The notes under the pieces were generated by a model, which made no database searches, was not told the DNA's origin, and saw only the letters and a program-made list of their open reading frames with translations. 64,000 nt of DNA from Nemertoderma westbladi (Eukaryota > Animalia > Xenacoelomorpha). A program made the position numbers and the translations under genes. The DNA is taken from NCBI GenBank assembly GCA_032718475.1, contig JAUCBJ010005882.1, positions 11,281 to 75,280 on the forward strand, written 5' to 3'. This document shows, piece by piece, positions 36,833 through 48,140 of the stretch (position 1 is its first letter; each line of letters begins with the position of its first letter).

Positions 36833-39615
36833 TACTACTACTACTACTAGGATCGGCATGCTGCATTGCAGCTGCATTTTCAAGAATGGTGTGCCGTCTT
36901 TTCAACAAAATTGCGCCGCCACAACTCCCTCTCATTAATTACATGTGCTAGATCATCCGCACCTTCGAGGCTAGTGTCCTTTAACCCTATTAAACCCGGG
37001 GGGGGGGGGGGTCAATATGACCCCCCCCCGTGGTTTTTTTATTATAATTCTGAAACAAACGCAGTTGGGAATCTGAAATTTTATGACTTTTCCTAAAAAT
37101 CTATTGTCTTCATGGTAGTGAAAACCGTTTTCAAAAATATTTGGTACTTTTCGAGTTATAGCACCATTTTTTAACCCTACTTTTGGCACTTTTTTTGAGA
37201 CGTTTTTTGAAAATTACATTTCATTAAATATGAATTGTAACATCTCTATTTTTGATTTACACCGGTTTTTTGGTGTTAGAAATTGGATGGAATTCATATA
37301 AATTGATTTAGAAATTTCAAACTTGTTTTTTTCGATGGGTGCCAAATTTTGGTGCCAGCACCAAATTTTGAAATAAGTCAATTTTGTAAATTGATTGTTT
37401 GAAACTTGTTTTTTACGCAATTGGGGTTTTTTGGGGTTCTGGATTCGATGAAATATATACGAGTTGCACCAAGCGTATCAAACTTATATTTTTCGGTGCT
37501 GTGTGCAAATTTTGGTGCTAGCACTAAATTTTGAAAATCCATTCAATATATAAAATTGCTTGTGACAATTTATTTCTTGCGTTTTAGAGGTTTATGGCTG
37601 TTCTGAATTCAATGGAAAATATAATTATCGAACTAGACATCTCAAACTTGTATTTTTCGGATGTGGGTGCAAAATGTGGTGCTAGCACCAAATTTTGAAA
37701 ACCATCAAATATATCAATTGATTGTGTCACCTTGTTTCTTGCGTTATACGGGTTTGTGATGGTTCTGAATTCAATGGAATCAGTAAAAATTTCATAAGAG
37801 TTCTCAAACTTGTATTTTTCGCCGGTGGGTGAAAATTGTTGTGCCAGCACCAAATTTTGGAAAATATGCAAATTGATAAGTAGATAGTATCACCTTGTTT
37901 CTTGCGTTATACGGGTTTATGGGGGTCCTGAATCCGATGGAATCAATAAAAACAGCACTGGACATCGCAAACTTGTACTTTTTGGTGATGGGTACGAAAT
38001 TTGGTGCTAGCACCAAAATTTGCCAAATTACGCCGAAAAATACAAGTAGCAATGATCTGGCATATTAGAAATGTATTACATTAGAATCAGCGCCCTCGAA
38101 AACCTGAAAATGTAAATTTATAGCATCGTATAAGTGAATTAAAAATTTTGAGTTTTAACTGAAAAGTGCTGGTTACTTGTTTTTTTCATTTTTTTCCTAC
38201 GCAGAGAGGACTAAACAGCCATTTATAGTAATCATATCATTTTTAAATATTTTCCAATGTATTATGCACCCCAAAAAACCTGTATTGAAAAATAATTAGC
38301 CGAAAATGTATCTTTCAAATTTTGTGAAAATTGTGCACTACTTGTAATTTTGGTGCTGCAATATAACCACCCCAGTACATTTTTTAGAAATTTTTTTTTT
38401 TCGGTCGGATCCAGACAAGTGATACCTACGTACAAACAAAAAATCAGACGTTTTCGTAAATATTTGTAGATTTTAGAGGGGGGGGGGGGGGGGGGTCAAT
38501 ATGACCCCCCCCCCCCCCCCCCGGTATTTGTACAACATTTTATAGCCCGGTACTAATAGGGTTAAGATGCGTCTCAAGAAATTCATGCGCTGTCTACCAT
38601 GGTTATTCACTCCATGAGGCTGTCACAGCACAAGATTATACACTGGCTGGTCCTCACGGCAAAAGCAATGTCCTGCAAAGCGGAGGCGGCTTTGTTCTAG
38701 TGTCAAGCTTTGGGGAACCATTGAGACACCTCAAATGTTATATAGTATCTGATTGGAGATGTGTGCATTGTACTTGACACAGGGAACTCGCGTAGTATTC
38801 TTGTGAATGTGCCATCCAGAGATTTGGTGTCCTCAGCAGTTAGAGTCCAGCATGGACTCCCATAGAGGAGTACTTGAACTACTGCTGCTCTAAATAATCG
38901 GACCTTAAGTTTACGATAAAATTTGAGTGACTTCCAAATCCTGGAAAGCCTATTCAAGGCTGCCCATGCCTTGCCCTTGCCTTGCCATGGTGTGCCCCTA
39001 CTTTTACTTCTATAAAGTTATCGGGCAATACCCTGTCATTATTGAGGAGCTTTTCAAAGTGGGCCTTCCAACCATTGAGGCGATCGGCTGGTGATTCAGC
39101 CTTAACCTTGGTGGTTGATTGGCTTTTCCGCCCAGTAAGCAAGTTGATCGATTTCCATGCCTGGGATGATTGCGTAGCTGCTGTCGTCGGCATCATTGAT
39201 GGCAACAACCTGTTGGTTTATAAGCTCCTGTATATTAACAGAGTACTGCCTGTTCAGGGACCTAGATGCAGCCTTAACTGCATTCTTGGCCGCTGTAGTC
39301 TGTTTGAGTCGGGACTCTTTCTACGCCTTATGAAGGTCATTTCGGCACTTCTGAATTTTGTTGTCAGTCCAGGGGGCCCGTTTCCTGTTTCGAGGGTATA
39401 CACGAACTGTTTCTGCAGCTGCTAACTTAACTGCTTCTGCGAAGGCAGTATAACCCTCGCAGTGATCTGCTGCCTCAGAGGCAAGAACCTCATACCTGTT
39501 GCTCAGATGTAGTGTGAAGCTGGATCTCACACTTGGCTGCTGCAACAGAGAGGACCGACCAGTCATGCCGCGGCAAGGCGGATTTCATTGTTCTGCTACA
39601 GTAGCACGCAGACTT
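36833..39615 (-). mobile_element. RT-deleted RTE LINE copy split by a piggyBac-like insertion
   Basis: (TAG)n tail at 36833-36850. Homologous to 15211-16247 but extends further 5' (LHLSNRYEVL). Interrupted at TTAA 36981/38562. Confidence 0.88.
36985..38561. mobile_element. piggyBac-like non-autonomous element
   Basis: TTAA TSD, CCCTATTA...TAATAGGG termini, (G)nTCAATATGA(C)n palindromes near both ends, internal TGGTGCTAGCACCA repeats. Confidence 0.85.
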
Positions 39616-39616
39616 A

Positions 39617-41988
39617 GGCCCGGTTTCTCAAACTAAGTGCCCACTTATCCTAAAATTGCCACTTAATAATTAATTTTAAATGACCACTTTGTTAAATGGT
39701 AACCAGGTTTAAGTTAAGTGATGTTTCTCATAAAAAGATAACGAGCACTTAACCCTTTAGCACCTAAAGCAGGATTTTATTTGTGCCCCATAATCCTAAA
39801 CTAAAATCATAAAGTCTATCAGTCTTTCAAATGTCTTATCAGTCTATCAGTTTATCAGTCTTTCTGTCTGTTTGTCTGTCAAAACTTATAACAGAATACT
39901 AACTAACTAACATTCTCGCTCTGGGGGTTTTAAAGGTCGGTGATTTCATTTCTGATGTCAGTTTTCACTTTTAAATAAATATTGTCTGTTGGTCTGTCGG
40001 TCTGTCGGTCTTTCTGTCAGTCAGTCCGTCAAAACTAAAAAAGAATACAAACTTACTAACATTCTCGCTATGGGGGTTTTAAGGGGTGCTGATTTCATTT
40101 ATGATGTCAGTTTTATCGTTTACATAAATCTCGTCTGTCTGTCTGTCGGTCTGTCGGTCATTCTGTCAGTCAGTCTGTCAAAACATAAAAAAGAATACAA
40201 ACTAACTAACTTTCTCGCTATGGGGATTTTAAGGGGTGCTAATTCAATTTCTAATGTCAGATTTCACTTTTACATAAATCTATTCTGTTGGTCTGACGGT
40301 CTGTCGGTCTTTATGTCAGTCAGTCTGTCAAAACTTAAAAACAGAATAAAAACTAACTAACATTCTCGCTATGGAGGTTGTAGGGGGTGCTGATTTATTT
40401 CTGATGTCAGTTTTCAGGTTTACAAAAATCTAGTCTGTCTGTTTGTCGGTCTGTCGGTCTTTCTATCGGTCAGTCAGTCTGTCAAAACTTAAAAAATAAT
40501 ACTAACTAACTAACATTCTCGCTATGAGGGTTTTGATGGGTGCTGATTTCATTTCAGATGTCAGTTTTAACGTTTAAAAAAATCTAGTCTGTCTGGCTGT
40601 CGGTCTTTCTGTCAGTCAGTCTGTCAAAACTTAAGAAAGTATACAAACTAACTAACATTCTCGCCATGGGGGTTTTAAGGGTTGCTGATATCATTTCTGA
40701 TGTCAGTTTACACGTTTACATAAATCTAGTCTGTCTGTCTGTCGGTCTTTCTGTTAGTCTGTACGACTGTACTGTGGTTGGCATTATGTCATATACCTAA
40801 CACTAATAATACAGTCTACAATACAGCCTATCTACAGTACAGAATGGATTTTTTGCCATGAAGAGCACTAAATGTCATTAATACTGTCCACCAGTATACC
40901 TACTCTAAGAGCCTTCCAATAAAACATGTATTCCAGCATGACGTCCACTGCACGTCTTAGTGCTGTCCATGGTGACGTGCAGTGGAGTCATAGGCTCTAA
41001 GGGGTTAACTAAGTGGCCACTTTAATAATTTAAGGTAAAATTTATACTAAAGTGAAAGTTTTAATTCAGTAGTTACCGGACCGGTAGCTAACAGTTCAAT
41101 CAGTTAAATTTGTTTATATGTGAATGGAAGATCAATTTAATTTATTTTAATTACGTCTGAGCAAAGGGTGAGAACAAAACAAGAACCCAATACTTTAAAT
41201 AATAATAAATAATTTAAATAATAATAGTAATAATAATTAAATAATAAAATAATTTTAGCTAGGTAGACCAAGAATAATAGCTACCATAAAAAATCTATAT
41301 ATTTATGCCACGGGATGTTCTAGAAAATTAATTATGTTAAAATCTGCATTAAAATAGCTAGTAAAATATTGTCAATGAATACGTATCTACGGATCTCTTC
41401 CCAATATTTTACAGACGATTTAAAATGCCCTGTAGTGGCTCAGTAGAACAGTATCGTTATATACTTGTACCGGGTAGGAGTCAATGGCTTAAAATGACCG
41501 CAAACTCAAAATAAATTGTAGTGGAAGTTTGAAAATTGATTTGATTAAATTAAAAACATTAAGGGAATGGAGCAGGTTGCAGTGTTTTCAGGTGTTTTCT
41601 AACCAAAACAATAAACTACTGTATACATTATTTCATTTGCGGTCAATTTGCGTTGAAGATCACTATTTTCACTTACGGCCAATGTGCGCCACGATCTGAC
41701 TTGTAATGGATTGAGTTTGATGTTGTTTACCCTTGATTTTCGTCAATGCCTATTTATAACTCCTGGAACAAAATTTACGACACAAAGCAAAGCATTTTTT
41801 ATAAGCTTAAGACTTACGTGGCATGATAATGTACCTCCCAGGGCTAGTTAAGTTCTCCCTTAAATGTGAAACTTTAAATGGCCATTTAACTTTTGAGAAA
41901 CTGCAAATAAATTTAAGGGGGCACTTAGTAACAAAACACTTAGTTTAAGTGCCCAATTTAAGTTAAGTGAGTTTTGCGAAACCGGGCC
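39617..41988. mobile_element. PIF/Harbinger-like MITE
   Basis: TIRs GGCCCGGTTTCTCAAA / TTTGCGAAACCGGGCC, with TTA on the left and TA on the right. TAAGTG/CACTTA subterminal motifs. Confidence 0.7.
39753..41004. mobile_element. piggyBac-like element nested in the MITE, carrying a roughly 150-bp tandem repeat (about 6 copies, 39860-40750)
   Basis: TTAA|CCCTTTAG...CTAAGGGG|TTAA. Repeat unit contains AACTAACATTCTCGCTATGGGGGTTTTAAGGGGTGCTGATTTCATTTCTGATGTCAG. Confidence 0.78.
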
Positions 41989-42557
41989 TACTACTACTAG
42001 GATCGGCATGCTGCATTGCAGCTGCATTTTTAAGAATGCTGTGCCGACTTGTCAACAAAATTGCACCGCCAAAACTCCCTATCACCCATGACATTTGCTA
42101 GATCATCCGCATCTTCAAGGCCAGTGTCCTTTAAGATGCGTCTCAAGAAAGTCATGGGCTGTCCACCATGCTTATTCACTCCATGAGGCTGCCAAAGTAC
42201 AAGATTATGCACTGGCTGGTCCTCACGGCGAAAGCAATGTCCTGCAAAGCGGAGGCGATTTTGTTCTAGTGTCAAGCTTGGGGGAACCAATGAGACACCT
42301 CAAATGTTATATAGTGTCTGGTTGGAAATGTGTGCATTGTACTTGACACAATGAACCCGGCGTAGCATTCTTGTGAATGTGCCATCCAGAGATTTGGTGT
42401 CCTCAGCAGTTAGAGCCCAGCATGGACTCCCGTAGAGTACTGGAACGACTGCTGCTCTAAATAATCTGACCTTAAGTTTCCGATTAAATCTCGGTGACTT
42501 CCAAATCCTGGAAAGCCTATTCAAGGCTGCCCATGCCTTTCCCTTACGTATTCGAAC
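41989..42557 (-). mobile_element. 5'-truncated RTE copy
   Basis: (TAG)n tail at about 41989-42000. RIRKGKAWAALNRLSRIWKS... is near-identical to 15680-16247. Confidence 0.88.
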
Positions 42558-42727
42558 CACCACTGTTTGGAGGTGGGTAGGACAATATGCAAAAAGGGCC
42601 CTATGACAATTGACAAGACATTACGCCAAATTTAGAGCTGTTTGTTTGTCAAACGTCCTGTTTGCATAACGTCCGTCGCCCGACTGTGTATGCACTGCAC
42701 TTACTACAGTATGAACCACCCACAACC

Positions 42728-42786
42728 AAAGCCGGCACAGCATTCTTAAAAATGCAGCTGCAATGCAGCATGCCGATCCTAGTAGT
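42728..42786 (+). mobile_element. 59-bp RTE 3'-end insertion
   Basis: RTE terminal sequence plus TAGTAGT, flanked by the 14-bp TSD AACCACCCACAACC. Confidence 0.85.
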
Positions 42787-45200
42787 AACCACCCACAACC
42801 AGTCAATGAGTCATGTATTCTCCCACGCTTTTCAGATTTAAATTGAACTTTGGCGGGGTCAAATCGACTGTCTGTACTAGATAGTTTATACTTTTTAGTA
42901 ACGGGTTTTCATCTTTCTTGAAACGCAACATAAGTAGTAAGCACTACTGTAGGTAGTTGAAACTACAGGTATGATACTGTAGTTAAGACTTTCAACTTCA
43001 AACGTTATTGTCACCGGGCCTAAAGCGTTTGCGTTAATTTAGGCCGAATAGTGATTAATATAATTAGTGATTTAGGTGGGGGGATGTGTCAGTAAGTAAT
43101 AAATGTTTGCGTATCTGTCTAAAGTCTAAAGTTCAAGACAGGCAGTGGAATGATAGCAATTACTTCCTTATTGTTTTATACTGTATATGTAAAGCGGCAG
43201 GTTGGCAGTATTTACAGTAAATTATACATAATAATATGTTTGTTCATAGCATTATATAAGACAGACAGTGTCGTTATAGATAAGTAGTTGTGTACTCCTG
43301 TAAATTGTCTCTAAGAGTCTGTAAGTTTCTGGAAATTAAACCTTTGATATACCGATAGTATTAATAATTTATACAGTATATTACAGTGTCTATATATCAT
43401 GGCCTACAGTATTCTACACACGTGTAGGCCTAGTATGCCATGGTCTATATTTTAGTGGGGAATACATTTGTTGCGATAAAATATACATCTGTACCAGTGA
43501 TATATATATACAGTAGTCAAAGATTAGCTGTCGTAGGCCTATGTACTGTATGACTCTTTTTCTTAGTCGAAAGGAAACGACGTTGTAATTCTTCCGCCAA
43601 GCACGGTCGACATATCATATACACCACAGCTTCACTGCAGGTTTGCCCATAACCAACTTCCAAGCATTGCGGTAAACGTTGAGTAACGTAAATGTTGAGT
43701 CCAACGACAACCTGACATAATCCACTAATGTAGATGATCCATTGTCACACCAGATGCCAATTTACCAGCAATTTTAACGCGTTGTTCCTTCGAGACATAA
43801 ATCGTTATCGTGACCAACATGGTTGGGTCGGTATGTAACATGCCCTCCACCTATTCACAAAAAAATCGGTATATTTATATTTATTAAGTTTATTTAATAT
43901 TTTTGAAATTATATTATTTAAATATTGCGATTAAGGAATTAGAAAATTTTATAAAGACTTCCTTTATACGACATGGAATAAAAAATTATTTAGGATGGGC
44001 GTCTTTAGATGATATACAATATATTACTGTAATAATATGTGAAGACCGGACGAGACCCAACTGGGCAAACCTACACGAGATTATTCACAAATATAATAAA
44101 AAATAATAGGAATACAATAAAATGTAATATATTTAGTTTACCTGTACTATTCAAGCGCGCCGTTATTACACCCGGACAACAAGAATCGATTTTGAGGGAA
44201 CCTTGAACTTTCAATTCCCGTGCTGTATGTAGGCCTACTGTTGAAAGGCCGATTCGATAGCTACTGTATAGCACGTAGACCTATCAGTGGCGACGCAGTT
44301 TTGGCGATGTAGCGTGGCTTACTTGCAGTTTCTTCTTCTGTCATTTTCCAATCATAAAAGTCAGAATGCGTAAAAACAAATAATGGCATATATTAACAGG
44401 AAGAGGGGACTTCACCCAGAACGTGAGATTAAATTATCATTATATAATTATTTAATATGCAGCTCGCCAGGCTGTGCCTACATGTGGCAACCATCACAAA
44501 ACATTAGAGCCGTTAAGGAGATAAACATTAATCAGTATTTTAATGTAAAGTCCCTTTATATCTTGTTAAGCACTGTATATTCGCGTTAATGTACAGATAA
44601 TTTGACAAAGTAGACCTAAAACCGATACCGAAACAAGTGAAATTCTAATTTGATACCATAAACTTTCGTTTCTGTATGGTACCGTACAGGACTGACAGTA
44701 GGCCTAGTGCAGAAATGAGAACAAGTGAAATTCAAATTTCCCGCGGGAGCCATTCTGCAATTAAATCTGTATTACATGAACCCTGTCTTCCTTCTGAACT
44801 TTGGCCTGTATCTGAATTGCGTTGAGAGTGCTGAGCTTGAGTGCTGACTCAACCCACCGGTACCGCCATATCTGTATACATTCGGAAAGTAGTACAGTAA
44901 GAAAAGAAGGCTGTAGTACGGGCTCAAATCAATTTGGTGCACGAAAGCCCGATTTTTTTGGTTATGGAGTGACTACTGATGGCCTGACCATATGCTGATA
45001 TGGTTTCCCTCAATTCTGCAATTGCAGAATTGGTAAAGTCAGAAAGTAATCGTTTATTGTTTTGGCCTCTGTAACCTGCTCCTCTCCCTTTAAAAATGGG
45101 CAATTTTGATAAAAAAAAATGTGGTGTGCATGTGCACCAAGTTGATTATTCCCGTAGGATACTGACATACTGACATAGGCCTGTAGGCGTACTGATTACC

Positions 45201-46796
45201 ATGGATTTCTTAACTAAAGCAGCAGTTATACCCAACGCAATTGGACGTATCCTAACATTACAGGAAATATGTTATACAGGTGTCACCCGGACATTAGCAA
45301 AACTAATTATAAGCGCCGAGTCTCAGAAAAAATCTCCCGATATTAAAGCTAGGCCTATATGTAATTGGCTAGCGATAACTGCACCCAAGCTTCGTATGGT
45401 CATGAGGAAATATATACTGCGTTCTTATATATTGGCATTTCATCAACTGGACGTTATATATGAAATATACGAACTTTGTAATTACGAACAACCTTCGCCA
45501 TCCACCCAACCCGCCCTACTGCCTCACAACAAAGAGCGAATAACTTTGCACTACATTATGGAATCCTATAAAGATATATTCATTGCTCAATGTTTCTTTC
45601 CCCTGGATATCTTAGTTGTCGATGGTAAAGAAGTGTTTGGTGAAGAATTTTCCGAAGGTGTAATTCGCAAACTATTACAGTGGGTCCCGTTAATGTCTCC
45701 AGGGTTGAGGGAGTTGGATCTGGATAGATCAGCACCTATCTCGATATCCGAAATGGGGTTTGGTAGAATTAATTTCCCTCAACTAAACACACTAAAGATG
45801 AAATCCTTGAAAGTAAATAATGACGCAGTCAATGCTATCGCACAATCCTGTCCCAACCTGGTAACCTTGTGCTTTCCAGGATCTGATATCATCACCTTTA
45901 CGGGACTTCGTTGTCTTCACCAACTAGGAAGTTTGCGAACTTTGAAAATAATTCGATGTTGGAAAATATCAGTCGACGATCTAATAGATTTACATGAATT
46001 ATTACATCGGGTTTCTATCGTTATAGATACAAATATTGCAATGAAGCTACTAAAGGGTTTAATTAAGCGTGAAATAAATCCATCCGACACAAACTTCAAC
46101 TTTAATGATTTCACTTTAGCATATGACTATGATGTTACAAATCCTATTGAATCTATCTACGACCAACGTAAAGACGTTCTCTCTTACTGCAAAGATACCG
46201 TTGAGAGTTTAAGGTTCAATTTAAATTGGACACGGGAGTTGACTTGGGGAGTATATCGGACCATTGCTGAACATCCACTATTCGAACCGCTACTAGAATT
46301 TGGACATTTAAAGTGTTTGCAATTTTATAATGTCGATGTTTATGATTATAAATGCATTTCGGATGCCGTTAATAAAGGAGTTACTTTTCCTCAAGTCGAT
46401 CGCTTAGTATTGAAACATTGTAATGTTTCGTATGTTGATTTAGTGCGAATGTTCCCAAACTTAAAGGAGTTCACTATAGCTGATACCGATCCCATTATAG
46501 GAAACGCCCTCCCACTAATGAACTCTGTAGAGACCCTTGGTATAGATGTACGGTCTAACATGTCTCTTATAACAGCCCTGCCTAAGTTCCCTTCTGTTAG
46601 TAAACTAACGATTGATTTCTGGATTGTTGAACAAACATTCAATAAAGAAGAGGTTCTACTCGATATGGAGAATTTATTTGCTTCAGAGAATCTCATAGAG
46701 AGACTAAAGAGCTTTAGGTATACTCAGCGTAGAAAATCAGGTTTCGCGCTGTTTATAGTCGAAATATTTGGGAAAAGATGTAAAAACCTGTTGTAG
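45201..46796 (+). CDS. Intronless 531-aa leucine-rich-repeat protein with an N-terminal BC-box-like motif (putative cullin-RING substrate receptor)
   Basis: Long uninterrupted ORF with ACC ATG G context. TLQEICYTGV fits the BC box (T/S/P)LxxxCxxxV. LRRs include LRELDL, CPNLVTLCF, LRTLKI and FPNLKEFTI. Confidence 0.72.
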   Translation: MDFLTKAAVIPNAIGRILTLQEICYTGVTRTLAKLIISAESQKKSPDIKARPICNWLAITAPKLRMVMRKYILRSYILAFHQLDVIYEIYELCNYEQPSPSTQPALLPHNKERITLHYIMESYKDIFIAQCFFPLDILVVDGKEVFGEEFSEGVIRKLLQWVPLMSPGLRELDLDRSAPISISEMGFGRINFPQLNTLKMKSLKVNNDAVNAIAQSCPNLVTLCFPGSDIITFTGLRCLHQLGSLRTLKIIRCWKISVDDLIDLHELLHRVSIVIDTNIAMKLLKGLIKREINPSDTNFNFNDFTLAYDYDVTNPIESIYDQRKDVLSYCKDTVESLRFNLNWTRELTWGVYRTIAEHPLFEPLLEFGHLKCLQFYNVDVYDYKCISDAVNKGVTFPQVDRLVLKHCNVSYVDLVRMFPNLKEFTIADTDPIIGNALPLMNSVETLGIDVRSNMSLITALPKFPSVSKLTIDFWIVEQTFNKEEVLLDMENLFASENLIERLKSFRYTQRRKSGFALFIVEIFGKRCKNLL

Positions 46797-46943
46797 GACG
46801 CTATGAAGACTTTATTGAACTGAACTAAATTTAATTGAACGGGCAACGTGGACTAGAGATGGCGTACGTTTACCTGGGGTTCATTAGGGGTTGGGGTTGA
46901 AGGCCAGGGTTGTGCCCTCTTCTCCTCATCTGGCACACAAACC

Positions 46944-48140
46944 TGAGGGTTGTGTGCCAGGTGAGGGGAAGGGGCCAGGGTTGTGTGCCAGGTGAGGGGA
47001 AGGGGCCAGGGTTGTGTGCCAGGTGAGGGGAAGGGGCCAGGGTTGTGTGCCAGGTGAGGGGAAGGGGCCAGGGTTGTGTGCCAGGTGAGGGGAAGGGGCC
47101 AGGGTTGTGTGCCAGGTGAGGAGAAGGGGCCAGGGTTGTGTGCCAGGTGAGGGGAAGGGGCCAGGGTTGTGTGCCAGGTGAGGGGAAGGGGCCAGGGTTG
47201 TGTGCCAGGTGAGGAGAAGGGACCAGGGTTGTGTGCCAGGTGAGGAGAAGGGACCAGGGTTGTGTGCCAGGTGAGGAGAAGGGGCCAGGGTTGTGTGCCA
47301 GGTGAGGAGAAGGGGCCAGGGTTGTGTGCCAGGTGAGGAGAAGGGACCAGGGTTGTGTGCCAGGTGAGGAGAAGGGAGCAGGGTTGTGTGCCAGGTGAGG
47401 AGAAGGGAGCAGGGTTGTGTGCCAGGTGAGGAGAAGGGACCAGGGTTGTGTGCCAGGTGAGGAGAAGGGACCAGGGTTGTGTGCCAGGTGAGGAGAAGGG
47501 ACCAGGGTTGTGTGCCAGGTGAGGAGAAGGGGCCAGGGTTGTGTGCCAGGTGAGGAGAAGGGGCCAGGGTTGTGTGCCAGGTGAGGAGAAGGGGCCAGGG
47601 TTGTGTGCCAGGTGAGGAGAAGGGGCCAGGGTTGTGTGCCAGGTGAGGAGAAGGGACCAGGGTTGTGTGCCAGGTGAGGAGAAGGGACCAGGGTTGTGTG
47701 CCAGGTGAGGAGAAGGGACCAGGGTTGTGTGCCAGGTGAGGAGAAGGGACCAGGGTTGTGTGCCAGGTGAGGAGAAGGGGCCAGGGTTGTGTGCCAGGTG
47801 AGGAGAAGGGGCCAGGGTTGTGTGCCAGATGAGGAGAAGGGACCAGGGTTGTGTGCCAGATGAGGAGAAGGGACCAGGGTTGTGTGCCAGATGAGGAGAA
47901 GGGACCAGGGTTGTGTGCCAGATGAGGAGAAGGGACCAGGGTTGTGTGCCAGGTGAGGAGAAGGGACCAGGGTTGTGTGCCAGATGAGGAGAAGGGACCA
48001 GGGTTGTGTGCCAGATGAGGAGAAGGGACCAGGGTTGTGTGCCAGATGAGGAGAAGGGACCAGGGTTGTGTGCCAGGTGAGGAGAAGGGACCAGGGTTGT
48101 GTGCCAGGTGAGGAGAAGGGACCAGGGTTGTGTGACAGAT
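46944..48140 (+). repeat. 31-bp G-rich tandem repeat (about 38 copies)
   Basis: Unit CCAGGGTTGTGTGCCAGGTGAGGAGAAGGG(G/A). One inverted copy lies at 46915-46943. Confidence 0.96.

Noticed and set aside
43620-43850. Possible transposase remnant (minus strand QRVKIAGKLASGVTMDHL)
   Set aside because: Too short and interrupted to assign without a database search.
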